Below are positions 40,665 through 53,200 of a DNA stretch of 64,000 nucleotides, one piece after another. Location: positions 183,706,001 through 183,770,000 of the forward strand of contig OZ024743.1 in NCBI GenBank assembly GCA_964016885.1. Direction: 5' to 3'. The stretch is from Eledone cirrhosa. Lineage: Eukaryota. Every line of letters begins with the position of its first letter. Position 1 is the stretch's first letter. The notes below the pieces were generated by a model. That model saw only the letters and a list, made by a program, of their open reading frames with translations, was not told the DNA's origin and made no database searches. The position numbers and the translations under genes were made by a program.

Positions 40665-42510
40665 TCGATTTTTGCTTGGTTTCTATGGCTGGATGCCCTT
40701 TCTAACACCAAGCACATTTACAGTGTGTACTGGGTACTTTTTGCCGTGACACCTACATGACCACTTTACTGTGTGGGGTGGGGGTAGGTGTTAAGGCGTG
40801 GGTGAAATGTTAGAACGTGGGAGATATATGGAATGGGAGTGGAGGTGAAGGTGGTGCATACTAGATGTATGCTTCAGCCTGTGCTCATGGGAGGGGGTTG
40901 GAAGCAAATATTTTATGCTTGTATCAACCTGTGTTCACGGGAAGGTGGGTCTTCTGTATTACTGCATAACGCCAGATATCTCGCTGCTGCATCATTGCCT
41001 TTCAGAGGTGCAATTGTTCATAGTCAGCTTTTATCACCTTATCAAAGGATTTCCTTGGTCTTCCTACTCCATAGCTTTCATCAACCTTCAGCACTCTACA
41101 CCTTTTTATACAGCTGTCATTCTTCATACGCATCACAAGTCCATACCAACGCAGTCTCTTCTCCTACACACTGCATCTGATTCCTTTTAAACCTAGTTTC
41201 TCTCTCAGTTCATTTATGCTTCGCCGTTCTCGTATATTACTATTACACATCCATCGGAGCATGCAAACTTCATTTCTTTCCAGTCTTCGCAGGTCCTCTG
41301 CACATATTGCCCAGGCTTTACCACCATGCAACATTGTTGTTTGTATACATGCATCCTATAATCTGCCCTTCATTTTGAGGGAAAAACCTTTTGTAGCTAG
41401 CAGTGGTAGTGACTCCCTGAACTTCTTCGATCCTGTTCTTACTCTGGCTCCTGTACTTTCAGAACACCCACCTCCACTGTTAATTTGGTTACCCAGGTAG
41501 CAGAAGCTGGCTACTGTTTCTACTGAACCTTCCAAGAATTTAATAGCGCTTGTTTCCTGTCGTTGTTTGCTGCTTACTGTTCTTATGCAATGGCCACATG
41601 TAAAACCTATGTTCTTAGGTGCTACTTACTGAGTAAGGCCATTTCCCCGAGGGGATCAAGGCTCTGTTTTTCCTTTCTACTTACTAGGACCTTAGTTTTT
41701 GTCAAATTGACTTCAAGACCCTTTGATTCTAGGCCATGCTTCCAGATTTGGAATTTCTTCTCTAATTCTGCTGTAGATTTAGCTATAAGTATAAGATCAT
41801 CTGCATCTAGGAGTTCCCTTGGGCTGTGGGTCTTAAACTCCTCTGTTATAGCCTGGACGAATATAAATGGAAAGGGTTAAGAACGGACCCTGGTTAATAC
41901 CTACCTACCTGCATGCTCAACTCCTAGTTTTCTAAGAACCCCCTAGATTGTGGTACGGGGGAACAAAAGCTTTCTCCAGATCAACAAATGCCAGGTGGGG
42001 TGGCTTACTCTTAGCTAGGTACCTCCTGTAGCTGCTTCACAAGGAAGGGAGCATCTGAGGTATTTTTACTTGGTACAAATCCAAACTGCATCTCATCTAG
42101 ATTTACTATAACTCTATCTGTGCTATAACTCTTTCTGTTACTTTCATGACCTGCTCCATCAACTTGATTCCTCTATAGTTTTCTCTATCTAGTTTATCTC
42201 CTTTATTCTTGTAGTAGTTGACAATGATGCTACTGTGCCAATAATTCGGTATGACACCATTTAATATTACTTGGTTTACAATATGAGAGGTTAAGGTGTG
42301 ACCCACCGACTCAGATACTTTCAGCATCTCAGCAACCATCACCAATGGACCAGCTGCTTTCCCTGTCTTCATATCCTTAATTGCCTTACTTACTATGTTG
42401 TAGCAGACTTGTATGGCTGGGCTCTCTGTTGGGTCTACTTGTGGTAGACCATCTTTCTCCCATGCATTCTCATTCAGTAATCTTTCATAAAGGCTCTTCC
42501 ATGCCATACC
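40665..42510 (-). mobile_element. Older degenerate RTE LINE (RT to 3' UTR) with internal deletions
   Basis: YERLLNENAWEK...NYRGIKLMEQV, ADDL, FCYLG and RLRWYG remnants; the 3' UTR motif is at ~40690. Confidence 0.9.
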
Positions 42511-42720
42511 TTGCTCAAACAGAACTGTATTTTGGCTGGGAATTTTATAGCTAGATGCCCTTCCTAACACCAACCACAATTACAGTGTGGAACTGGGTGC
42601 TCCTGTTATGAGGAAGGTTTGGCTAGTTGGCTATATGCAAATGAGAATTTCAAGAAAATCTTCAATACACAAAATCTATAAAGGTTTTAGTTTATTTACA
42701 TCTCAGTACTGGTTGAATGA

Positions 42721-42767
42721 ATGTCATGGATGAGAGAATAACAAATCTTGAAACAGCTGTCTGGCAT
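42721..42767 (+). ncRNA. Degenerate minimal hammerhead ribozyme remnant
   Basis: AUGUCA-uGGAUGA-GAGA(loop)UCUU-GAAA-CAGCUG-UC-UGGCAU: stems I and II pair, stem III is palindromic and the site is GUC, but the core reads UGGAUGA rather than CUGAUGA. Confidence 0.5.
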
Positions 42768-43439
42768 TATCAACAGCTATTCAGCTGTCTATGACATGCT
42801 CACAGGGCAAAAGAGAGAAAAGTAATTTTTTCATAAGAAAAATAATATGGATGATGGTTGGATAACATCCATGAGCTCGGCTGGTCTTACTTGAGGATCC
42901 AGCCGGATCAGTTGGAGATGGTTGCTTTTGACAGGATCCACTGGAAGGCATGTTTGAGGACTCTGCTCCCATGACCCTCTCAGAAGTAAGTGGGTGAAAA
43001 GATGAGAAGAAAATAATATTTTCTTTAACAGCGAGGCACTCATGTTTAATGTGTATAAACATATAGTATATGCTTTCATATATCCCCCCATTCTGTTATT
43101 TAGTTACATACCTTATATCCTGAGTCCAGTACCTACTGGGATCATCTTTGCTTTTCCACTCTGTTAGTAACGGTAGTGACTCTAATTAGCTATACCTGTT
43201 CTCTACAGGTATACGACCTTCTCCACTCTTTAGTGAAATAACTGTTGGTAAAGGTGGTGACTCTAGTTAACTATACCTGCTCCTCTACAGGTATATGGCT
43301 GAATGTCAAACATTTTTATTAGAGTTACATCCCTTACACTGTCACATAGTCTGATAAGCAAGCGTTATCAGACAGGACAGGTGATCAGACAGAACATGTT
43401 ATCAGAAAGGACATGTTGCTTACAGTGGTTATATATATA

Positions 43440-43511
<72 letters not shown>

Positions 43512-43519
43512 CATATACA

Positions 43520-45181
43520 TACAGGAGAAGTACCTAGCTAAAAGTAAACCCCTATACTTAGCTTTTGTCGACTTGGAGAAAGCCTTCGACAGAGTCCCCC
43601 GTTCCATTATCTGGTGGGCTCTTAGAAAACTCGGTGTTGACGAATGGCTTGTGAGAGCTATAGAAGCCATGTATAAAGAAACAGTCAGTAAGGTTAGAAT
43701 TAACAACGAATATAGTGAAGAGTTTAGCGTAAAAGTTGGTGTCCATCAGGGCTCTGTTCTTAGCCCCCTACTATTTATTATTGCCCTTCAGGCTATAACA
43801 GAGGAGTTCAAGACCGGCTGCCCATGGGAACTCCTATACGCAGATGATCTAACGCTCATAGCTGAATCAATGGCTGAACTAGAGAAGAAATTCCAAACAT
43901 GGAAGCATGACCTAGAATCAAAAGGCCTTAAAATTAACCTGGCTAAGACTAAAGTTCTAGTTTGTAAGAAAGAAAATAAGGCGCCGGTCCCTTCCGGGAA
44001 ATGGCCATGCTCAGTGTGTAGGAAAGGCGTAGGTAGAAACTCCATTTTATGTCCCAAATGCAAAGTATGGGTGCATAAAAGATGTAGTGGGATCACAGGT
44101 AAGCTAACTAAGAACATAGATTTTACATGTGGCCAGTGCTCTGGTGCAATAAGTAGCAGCAAGTGCCCACAAAATACTAGCTCTTTCAATTGCACAGAGG
44201 GTTCTATAGAAATAGTGGACAGCTTCCGTTACCTGGGTGACAAAATTAGCAGTGGGGGAGGGTGCTCTGAAAGTACAGTAGCTAGAATCAGAACTGGATG
44301 GAAAAAGTTCAGAGAGCTTCTACCACTATTAGCCGCTAAAGGGTTCTCCCTAAAAATGAAAGGCAGGTTGTATGATGCCTGCATACGAACAGCAATGTTG
44401 CATGGCAGTGAGATCTGGGCATTGTGTGCAGAGGATATACGCAGATTAGAGAGGAACGAAGCTTGCATGCTCCACTGGATGTGTAATAGTAATATACGTG
44501 AACGGCAAAGCATAAACGAACTAAGGAAAAAATTAGAAATAAGAGGGATCAGATGTTGTTTACTCGAGAGAAGGCTACGTTGGTATGGTCACGTGATGCG
44601 CATGAAAGACGACAGCTGTATAACAAAGTGCAGGGCAATAAAGATAGACGGTAGCCACGGAGTAGGCAGACCCAGAAAAACCTGGGACGAGCTGATAAAT
44701 TCCGACCTCACACACTTACACCTCTCCAAGACAATGTCACTGGACCGAGACCTTTGGCGGTACTCAGTAATAGAGAAGACCCGCCTTACCTAAATACAAA
44801 GTAAAACCTACTACAGTCAGTAGGCATCTCTAACAAAATACACCCCCGTCCCACCTCCCCCACCCCATCCACACCGCCTTTTTCAATGTAAAGTTATGTT
44901 GGTGCCACAACATCCAGGCCAAAACAAATGAGATCGTGTAGGTGTCACGACAAAAAAACACACAGTCCACGCTGTAATGTGGCCGTGTAGGCAACACGGT
45001 AAAAACCTCCCAGTCCCACACTGTAAATGTGGTTGGTGTTAGGAAGGGCATCCAGCTGTAGAAAACCTGCCAGACAGTCCTATGCGAGCAATGACAACCA
45101 CTCTTGCCTCAAGTGGGAAAACTCCCGTCCAAACCCATGCAAGCGTGGAACATGGACGTTAAACGATGATGATGATGATGA
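43520..45181 (+). mobile_element. Young 5'-truncated RTE LINE with uninterrupted RT, PHD-like finger and C-terminal frame (stop at 44793), 3' UTR and (GAT)n tail
   Basis: About 424 codons without a stop from QEKYLAK to KTRLT*; inserted in a (TA)n tract. Confidence 0.96.
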
Positions 45182-46286
45182 TATACATATATATGTATAT
45201 GTGTGTGTGTTTAGTAAATTCTCAACATATATATACTCACATATATATACTCACATACATATACTCACATATACATATTATCATTCATCGTCTTTATGTC
45301 CACTTTTACCATGATAGAATCAATAGACAGGACTTTTAAGTCAGTATTCTTCAGATGTTTCTCTTGACCCCAGGCCATGCTTAATTCTAAATATGGTAGC
45401 AACATGAATGTAACGAGTTAAAACAAATACTGCTCAGCATTAGTCTAAAACTCCAATGAATCTGTCAGTCTATGTAATAATAATAATAATAATTACTTTT
45501 ATTTTCCCCAGAAGTATCTAATGAAGGGGACATGAAAAAGGTGGGAGTTTATATGGAAATCAGGGAGGAAAAGGGGCTGAGGTAATATATGTACATAATA
45601 TATAAATTATGGACATATTTTATGGGCAAAACCAACCAACAGGAGACCCAGGGGTAGACCTCGAGCAAGATGGTTGGATAACATCCATGAACTCGGTTGG
45701 TCGCGTTTGGGGATCCAGCTGAATCAATTGGAGGTGGTTGCTTCTGGAAAGAGTGTTGGAGAACTCTGACCCCTATGATATACCCAAGAATAAGTTGGTG
45801 AAGCAGAAATATATCAGTTTTTCGAGTGTAATCTACTCGATAACACGAATGTGGGTGATGAAAATAGAAACAATGCCTATAAATGATATAGGAATGATAT
45901 AAAACACAGAAACAAATACATAACTAAACCCTCAGGACAACATACAGAAAAGAACACCACTAGGCACTGCACACATACATATTATATAGAATATTTTTAG
46001 TAGAATAGAAGCAACAACACTAAAACATAACACTGCACATAGCCAAGGTACATTGAGCTGTGCTCAGTAATGTAGTTATGGCACACAATAACAATAAGAC
46101 TACTGAATGGTGATGATGATGATAATAATTTCTAACATAGGCACACACCACAAATTTAGGGAGAGAAAAGTTGGTGAAATTAACCTCCTATTTGACTGGT
46201 ACTTTATTTTATTGACACACCCCTTCCCCAGAAGAATGTTAACCTGGTTGGAATATCACAAGAATAGATATAACAAAATACTTTGA

Positions 46287-46478
46287 CCCTTTAGCATTTA
46301 CATTATATATATTATTGTATTTTTGTGGCAAAGGCTTTATCTTACATAATATTGAATCTATGAGATTTTGATGTCATTTATTACCTTAATGTCAGTATGA
46401 GCAGCTGGTTACAGCCGGTTTGAACAGAAAGAAGTTAGAGAATTCTGGCCAGATAAGGCCGGTTTAAATGCTAAAGGG
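46287..46478 (-). mobile_element. piggyBac-type MITE
   Basis: ttga-CCCTTTAGCATTT ... AAATGCTAAAGGG-TTAA. Confidence 0.8.
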
Positions 46479-46714
46479 TTAAGTGATTTTCTTTGTCAAT
46501 TTACTATTTCTCATACTTCACCACCCTTAAAGAAGGATTTTTGACACAAAGTTACATTTTTTACGGTGGAGTAATGGGGGAATGGAGTCAGTGTCCAGGT
46601 GTCAAGGCAAAGGGAGGTAATTCTGGGAATAATTTTCTTTGATTAATACAACTATATTTTTATGTTAGCACCATTTGTTTTTTTATTTTATTTTGTTTTT
46701 ACAAGCTCCCTTCT

Positions 46715-47306
46715 AATAATTGTTTCTATTTTTGGCACAAGGCCAGCAATTACCCAGTACATTACTGGTACTTTATTTTATCGACCCCGTAATGATGAAA
46801 GGCAAAGTTAACCTCGGTGGGATTTGGACTCAGATCATAAAGGGACGTAACTCTAAGCATGGTGTCCGACTCTCTACCGATACTGCCAATCCACCACCCT
46901 AATAATGGTTTCTGATATATGCACAAAGTCAACAATTTGGGGGAGGAGAAAATTTATTAAATCTACTCCAGTGTGTTACTGGTACGTTATTTTATCAAGG
47001 ATGAAAGGAAAAACTAACTTCAGCAGGATTTGAACTCAGAACATAAAGTGTTGTAACTAAATTCCACAAAGCTGTTGTCTGATGCTCTACTGATTACTGC
47101 CAGTCCGCCACCTTCTGACCTTCTAATAATGGTTTCTTATATAGGCACAAGACCAGTAATTTGTGGGAAAGGGAAAGTCGATTAAATCGACCCAGTACGT
47201 TACTGGTGTTTTATTTTATCGACCCCGTAAGGATGATAGGCAAAGCTAACCTCAGCGAGATTTGAACACAGATCATAAAGGGGTGTAACTCTATGCTGCC
47301 AATCCA
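46715..47306 (-). mobile_element. Head-to-tail trimer of Meta-type SINEs
   Basis: Three ~190-210-bp units, each with taataatggtttc...ttttatcgaccccg..ggatgaaaggcaaag...ctgcca.tcc.ccacc. Confidence 0.8.
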
Positions 47307-47745
47307 TCATTATCATGATCAGATTAGAACAGAACTTTCAAATATTAAGAGAAGAACAATTGTTATTGCAATAGTAACTGGAGTAATAGATCTGTTACCT
47401 AAACAAGATATTTATCTGTGTAGGTGTGAATGTGTGTGTGTGTGTGTATATATGTGTTTGTGTATGTGTATATATGTGAGTGTGTATAATGTGTATGTAT
47501 ATGTATATATATATGTGAGTGTATATATGTGTGTGTATATATATGTGTCTATATAGATATGTGTGTATATATATATATAAGTGCGTGTGTGTATATATGT
47601 ATTTGCATGTGTATGTATGTGTGTATAGGGGATATATTTGATTTAACTAAACCTCGTACTTGGTTTTTATTGAATCATCTCCAAAAGTACAAAAGGCAGT
47701 CAACCCTGGTCAAATTTGAACTAAATATATTTTAGTTAAAACTAA

Positions 47746-48022
47746 GTGGAGGTGTGTGGCCTAGTGGTAAACGTGTTGGATTACAATCATAATGTTATGA
47801 GTTCAATTCCTAGACTGGGTTGTGCATTATGTTCTTGAACAATTTCACGTTGCTCTAATATACTCAGCTGAAAATGTGTACCAGCAATAGCTGGGTGTTT
47901 AAGCCTGTGATAGACTGGTGTCCTTCCAAAGGTGGGGAGGTCTTGTACTCTCAGTTGCTTAATGCCACAGACACCAAGATAAGCACTGGCCTGATAAGCC
48001 TCTGGGTTCAAGACAGACTTTA
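47746..48022 (+). mobile_element. tRNA-derived SINE (family of 26578-26845)
   Basis: A-box tggcctagtgg, B-box gagttcaattcc, same tail. Confidence 0.8.
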
Positions 48023-48711
48023 TTTAGAGATATTACTAAACACTGTTGCTACATATTCTGCCATCAACCCTCAATATAACTGGCTTTCCATTTGTTACTG
48101 CCCCTTCTGCACTAGAGACAATTGTATCAATCATAAAACACTGAAACAACATATCTCCAGTGGTCATCTGATGAAAGGGGGTTGTCTGTTTGTTTTTCCA
48201 TTGTCTCCACCCACCTATTTTATTCATCTTGTATAATTTTAGCCACACGGGACACTTTTTCAAATTGACATTTATTTATTTTACACCATCTCTGTTCTCT
48301 CTCTCTCTCTGCTCATTATGGGCTTGATGTGCAAACAGATACATTTTTATTACTGTTTGTATAATCAGTCTTTTCCACCTTCTCTTTCTCACTTAACTTT
48401 CTGTGCATACTTTCTCTTGTCTAAAATGTTGGGCTTTGTCTCCATCTCTTCTTTTCAGTTGAAGCAGATTGGTTTGTAGCATATTATATCTTATTTGTGA
48501 ACAGTTGAAAAACCAACCATCTTGTCTTGTGTCCATTTGTTATTGTCTCATGAGCACAGGAGCTAGTTGTATCAATCTTAAAGCACTAAAACAATGTATT
48601 TCTAGCACTCCACTGATGAGATGGGATGGTCCTATATTCTGTCTGTTTTTCCATTGTCCTCGCCCACGTTTATCCTCATCATTGTTGTTTTTATGACTGC
48701 TTTTCCATGTA

Positions 48712-48897
48712 TATCATCATCGTTTAACGTCCATTTTCCATGGGTTAGACGAATTGTCCTGTTGTGAGCAATGCCAGGTGAGGTGATCATGTTTTGCTCA
48801 TACAGAACCGATTTTGGCTTGGTTTCTACAGCTGAATGCCCTTCCCTATGCCAACCTCATTTACAGTGAGTACTGGGTTGTTGTTGTCTAGACACCT

Positions 48898-48937
<40 letters not shown>

Positions 48938-49180
48938 ACATATATACATGCACACATACATATCATCATTGTCATCGTCATTTAACGCCCATTTTCCACG
49001 CTAGCATAGGTTAGACGAGTTGCCCCATTAGAGGCAAGTTGGATCAGGTGACCTTGTCTTACTCATATAGAACCAATTTTGGCTTGGTTTCTACAGCTGG
49101 ATGCCCTTCCTAGTACCAACCTCATTTACAGTGTGGACTGGGTGCTTTTTTCCATGAAACCTACATGACCACTTTACAGT
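48712..49180 (-). mobile_element. Two RTE-tail SINE fragments separated by a TA tract
   Basis: (CAT)n-tttaacg...ctacagctg.atgcccttcc at ~48712-48900 and ~48962-49180. Confidence 0.8.
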
Positions 49181-49184
49181 ATAT

Positions 49185-49392
49185 ATATATATATATATGT
49201 AAATCCTGGGGTACTCTATATAACAAATATACAGTACCTAGTTGTGCTATTTTCCGTATGCTGTATATATATGTAAGTCCTGGGGTTCTCTATGTAATGT
49301 GTACAGTACCTAGTAGTGCTATTTTCTGTATGTTGTGTATATATATATATATTTGTAAATCCTGGGGTACTCTATATAATAAATATACACCA
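49185..49392. repeat. ~75-85-bp tandem repeat x3
   Basis: gtaa.tcctgggg.actctat...cagtacctagt.gtgctatttt. Confidence 0.85.
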
Positions 49393-49439
49393 TACAAATG
49401 GTGATGACAATTCCCTTAAATCTCAATTGTAAGGGTAGT

Positions 49440-49905
49440 AGGCACGTTACTGAGGTTGTGAGTTCGATTCCTGGAACAAGCAGTGTGTTGTTTCCTTGAG
49501 CTAGACACTTTACATTCACAATGCTCATAATCCACTCAGCTGGAAAATATAAAGAGCTGCAATAACAATGGTGCCAAGTTGGATCAGATTTTGCTTTTTC
49601 CCTTGGACAATAATGGCAGTGTGGAGAGAGCTAAGCTAAGCCAAGTTGAGCTAGACAGAGCTGTGTCCATCTGATCCAATCTGATCCCAGACTCTGATCT
49701 GTTCCCAGATCCTGGTTATGTTAACAGAGCTGATCCAATACCAGATCCAATCCCAAATTAGACCCAACCTGATCCGATCCCAAGTCAGATCTAATACCGG
49801 ATCCCCAATCTGACACCAGATCTCCAATCCTATCTCGGATCCCGGGGCTGAACTGAGCTGGACAGAGCTAAGTTGAACCTAACCAAGTTGAGCTGGACAG
49901 ACTTG
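49440..49905 (+). mobile_element. SINE followed by a GAGCT-pentamer and GATCC-hexamer low-complexity tract
   Basis: B-box gagttcgattcc at ~49460; the repeats run 49628-49900. Confidence 0.6.
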
Positions 49906-50220
49906 GTTATTGTAAAGAGTTAGAACCCGATGGCTGAGTTTTTGTAGTTTCAACAGTTAGTTCCAGACACAAATATATATATATATCATCATCATTTTTA
50001 CATCCATTCACCCATACTTGCATGGGTTGGATGTGATGGTTTGAGACACTGATCCTTTTTTCTCGCCTCATATAACATGCCAACGTATAGTTTACATTTT
50101 CAAATTTAGTCTACTAAATATATAAGTTCTCCAAATTAGTATAGTCCCTAACTTTTGCATTAAATCCACTTGAAAATTAGCACCTTTCTAACAAATGTTA
50201 GTCAACTCTCCAGAGTGTTT

Positions 50221-53200
50221 TAGTGTACTATATCAACAAGACATACCTAGTGTCTATATCAAGACATACCTAGATTCTATAACAAGACATACCTAGTGTC
50301 TATAACAAGATATACCTAGTGTCTATAACAAGATATACCTAGTGTCTATATCAAGACATACCTAGATTCTATAACAAAACATACCTAGTGTCTAGAACAA
50401 GACATACCTAGTGTCTATAACAAGACATACCTAGTGTCTATAACAAGACATACCTAGTGTCTATAACAAGACATACCTAGTGTCTATAACAAGACATACC
50501 TAGTGTCTATAACAAGATATACCTAGTGTCTATAACAAGACATACCTAGTGTCTATAACAAGATATACCTAGTGTCTATAACAAGACATACCTAGTGTCT
50601 ATAACAAGATATACCTAGTGTCTATGTTAAGACATACCTAGATTCTATAACAAAACATACCTAGTGTCTAGAACAAGACATACCTAGTGTCTATAACAAG
50701 ATATACCTAGTGTCTATAACAAGACATACCTAGTGTCTATAACAAAACATACCTAGTGTCTATAACAAGACATACCTAGTGTCTATAACAAGACATACCT
50801 AGTGGCTATAACAAGACATACCTAGTGTCTATAACAAGATATACCTAGTGTCTGTAACAAGATATACCTAGTGTCTATAACAAGACATACCTAGTGTCTA
50901 TAACAAGATGTACCTAGTGTCTATAACGAGATATCCCCACTGTGTATAACATGACATACTTAGTGTCTATAACAAGACATACCTAGTGTCTATAACAAGA
51001 CATCCTTAGTGTCTATAACAAGACATACCTAGTGTCTATAACAAGATATACCTAGTGTCTATAACAATACATGCCTAGTGTCTATAACAAGACATACCTA
51101 GTGTTTTTGACAAGACATACCTAGTGTCTATAACAATACATGCCTAGTGTTTTTGACAAGACATACCTAGTGTCTATAACAAGACATACCTAGTGTCTAT
51201 AACAAGACATACCTAGTGTCTATAACAAGACATAGCTAGTGTCTATAACAAGACATACCTAGTGTCTATAACAAGACATACCTAGTGTCTATAACAAGAC
51301 ATACCTAGTGTCTACAACAAGACATACCTAGTGTCTATAACAAGACATACCTAGTGTCTATAACAAGACATACCTAGTGTCTACAACAAGACATACCTAG
51401 TGTCTACAACAAGACATACCTAGTGTCTACAACAAGACATACCTAGTGTCTATAACAAGATATACCTAGTGACTATAACAAGACATACCTAGTGTCTATA
51501 ACAAGACATACCTAGTGTCTATAAACAAGATATACCTAGTGTCTATAACACGACATACCTAGTGTCTATAACAAGATATACCTAGTGTCTATAACAAGAC
51601 ATACCTAGTGTCTATAACAAGATATACCTAGTGTCTATAACAAGATATACCTAGTGTCTATTATAGGATATACCTAGTGTCTATAACAAGACATACCTAG
51701 TGTCTATAACAAGATATACCTAGTGTCTATAACAATACATACCTAGTGTCTATAACAAGACATACCTAGTGTCTACAACAAGACATACCTAGTGTCTATA
51801 ACAAGACATACCTAGTGTCTATAACAAGACATACCTAGTGTCTATAACAAGACATACCTAGTGTCTATAACAAGATATACCTAGTGCCTATAACAATATA
51901 TACCTAGTGTCTATAACAAGACATGCCTAGTGTCTATAACAAGATATACCTAGTGTCTATAACAAGACATGCCTAGTGTCTATAACAAGATATACCTAGT
52001 GTCTATAACAAGACATACCTAGTGTCTATAACAAGATATACCTAGTGTCTATAACAAGATATACCTAGTGTCTATTATAGGATATACCTAGTGTCTATAA
52101 CAAGATATACCTAGTGTCTATAACAAGACGTACCTAGTGTCTATAACAAGACATACCTAGTGTCTATAACAAGATATACCTAGTGTCTATAACAAGATAT
52201 ACCTAGTATCTATAACAAGATGTACCTAGTGTCTATAACAAGACATACCTAGTGTCTATAACAAGACATACCTAGTGTCTATAACAAGACATACCTAGTG
52301 TCTATGACAAGACAAACCTAGTGTCTATAACAAGATGTACCTAGTGTCTATAACAAGATATACCTAGTGTCTATAACAAGACATACCTAGTGTCTATAAC
52401 AAGATATACCTAGTGTCTATAACAAAACATATCTAGTGTCTATAACAAGACATACCTAGTGTCTATAACAAGACATACCTAGTGTCTATAACAAGACATA
52501 CCTAGTGTCTATAACAAGATATACCTAGTGCCTATAACAAGATATACCTAGTGTCTATAACAAGACATGCCTAGTGTCTATAACAAGATATACCTAGAGT
52601 CTATAACAAGACATGCCTAGTGTCTATAACAAGACATACCTAGTGTCTATAAACAAGATATACCTAGTGTCTATAACACGACATACCTAGTGTCTATAAC
52701 AAGATATACCTAGTGTCTATAACAAGACATACCTAGTGTCTATAACAAGATATACCTAGTGTCTATAACAAGATATACCTAGTGTCTATTATAGGATATA
52801 CCTAGTGTCTATAACAAGATATACCTAGTGTCTATTATAGGATATACCTAGTGTCTATAACAAGACATACCTAGTGTCTATAACAAGATATACCTAGTGT
52901 CTATAACAATACAAACCTAGTGTCTATAACAAGACATACCTAGTGTTTTTGACAAGACATACCTAGTGTCTATAACAATACATACCTAGTGTCTATAACA
53001 AGACATACCTAGTGTCTATAACAAGACATACCTAGTGTCTATAACAAGACATACCTAGTGTCTATAACAAGATATACCTAGTGCCTATAACAAGATATAC
53101 CTAGTGTCTATAACAAGACATGCCTAGTGTCTATAACAAGATATACCTAGAGTCTATAACCAGACATCCTTAGTGTCTATAACAAGACATACCTAGTGTC

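Noticed and set aside
43303-43520. N-terminal extension of the 496-aa ORF
   Set aside because: Read-through of flank and a (TA)n tract; the LINE sequence starts only at ~43520.
48085-48660. Two diverged copies of a ~130-bp repeat containing CTGATGA
   Set aside because: No correctly placed downstream GAAA or stems, so it was not called a ribozyme; the repeat family is unidentified.
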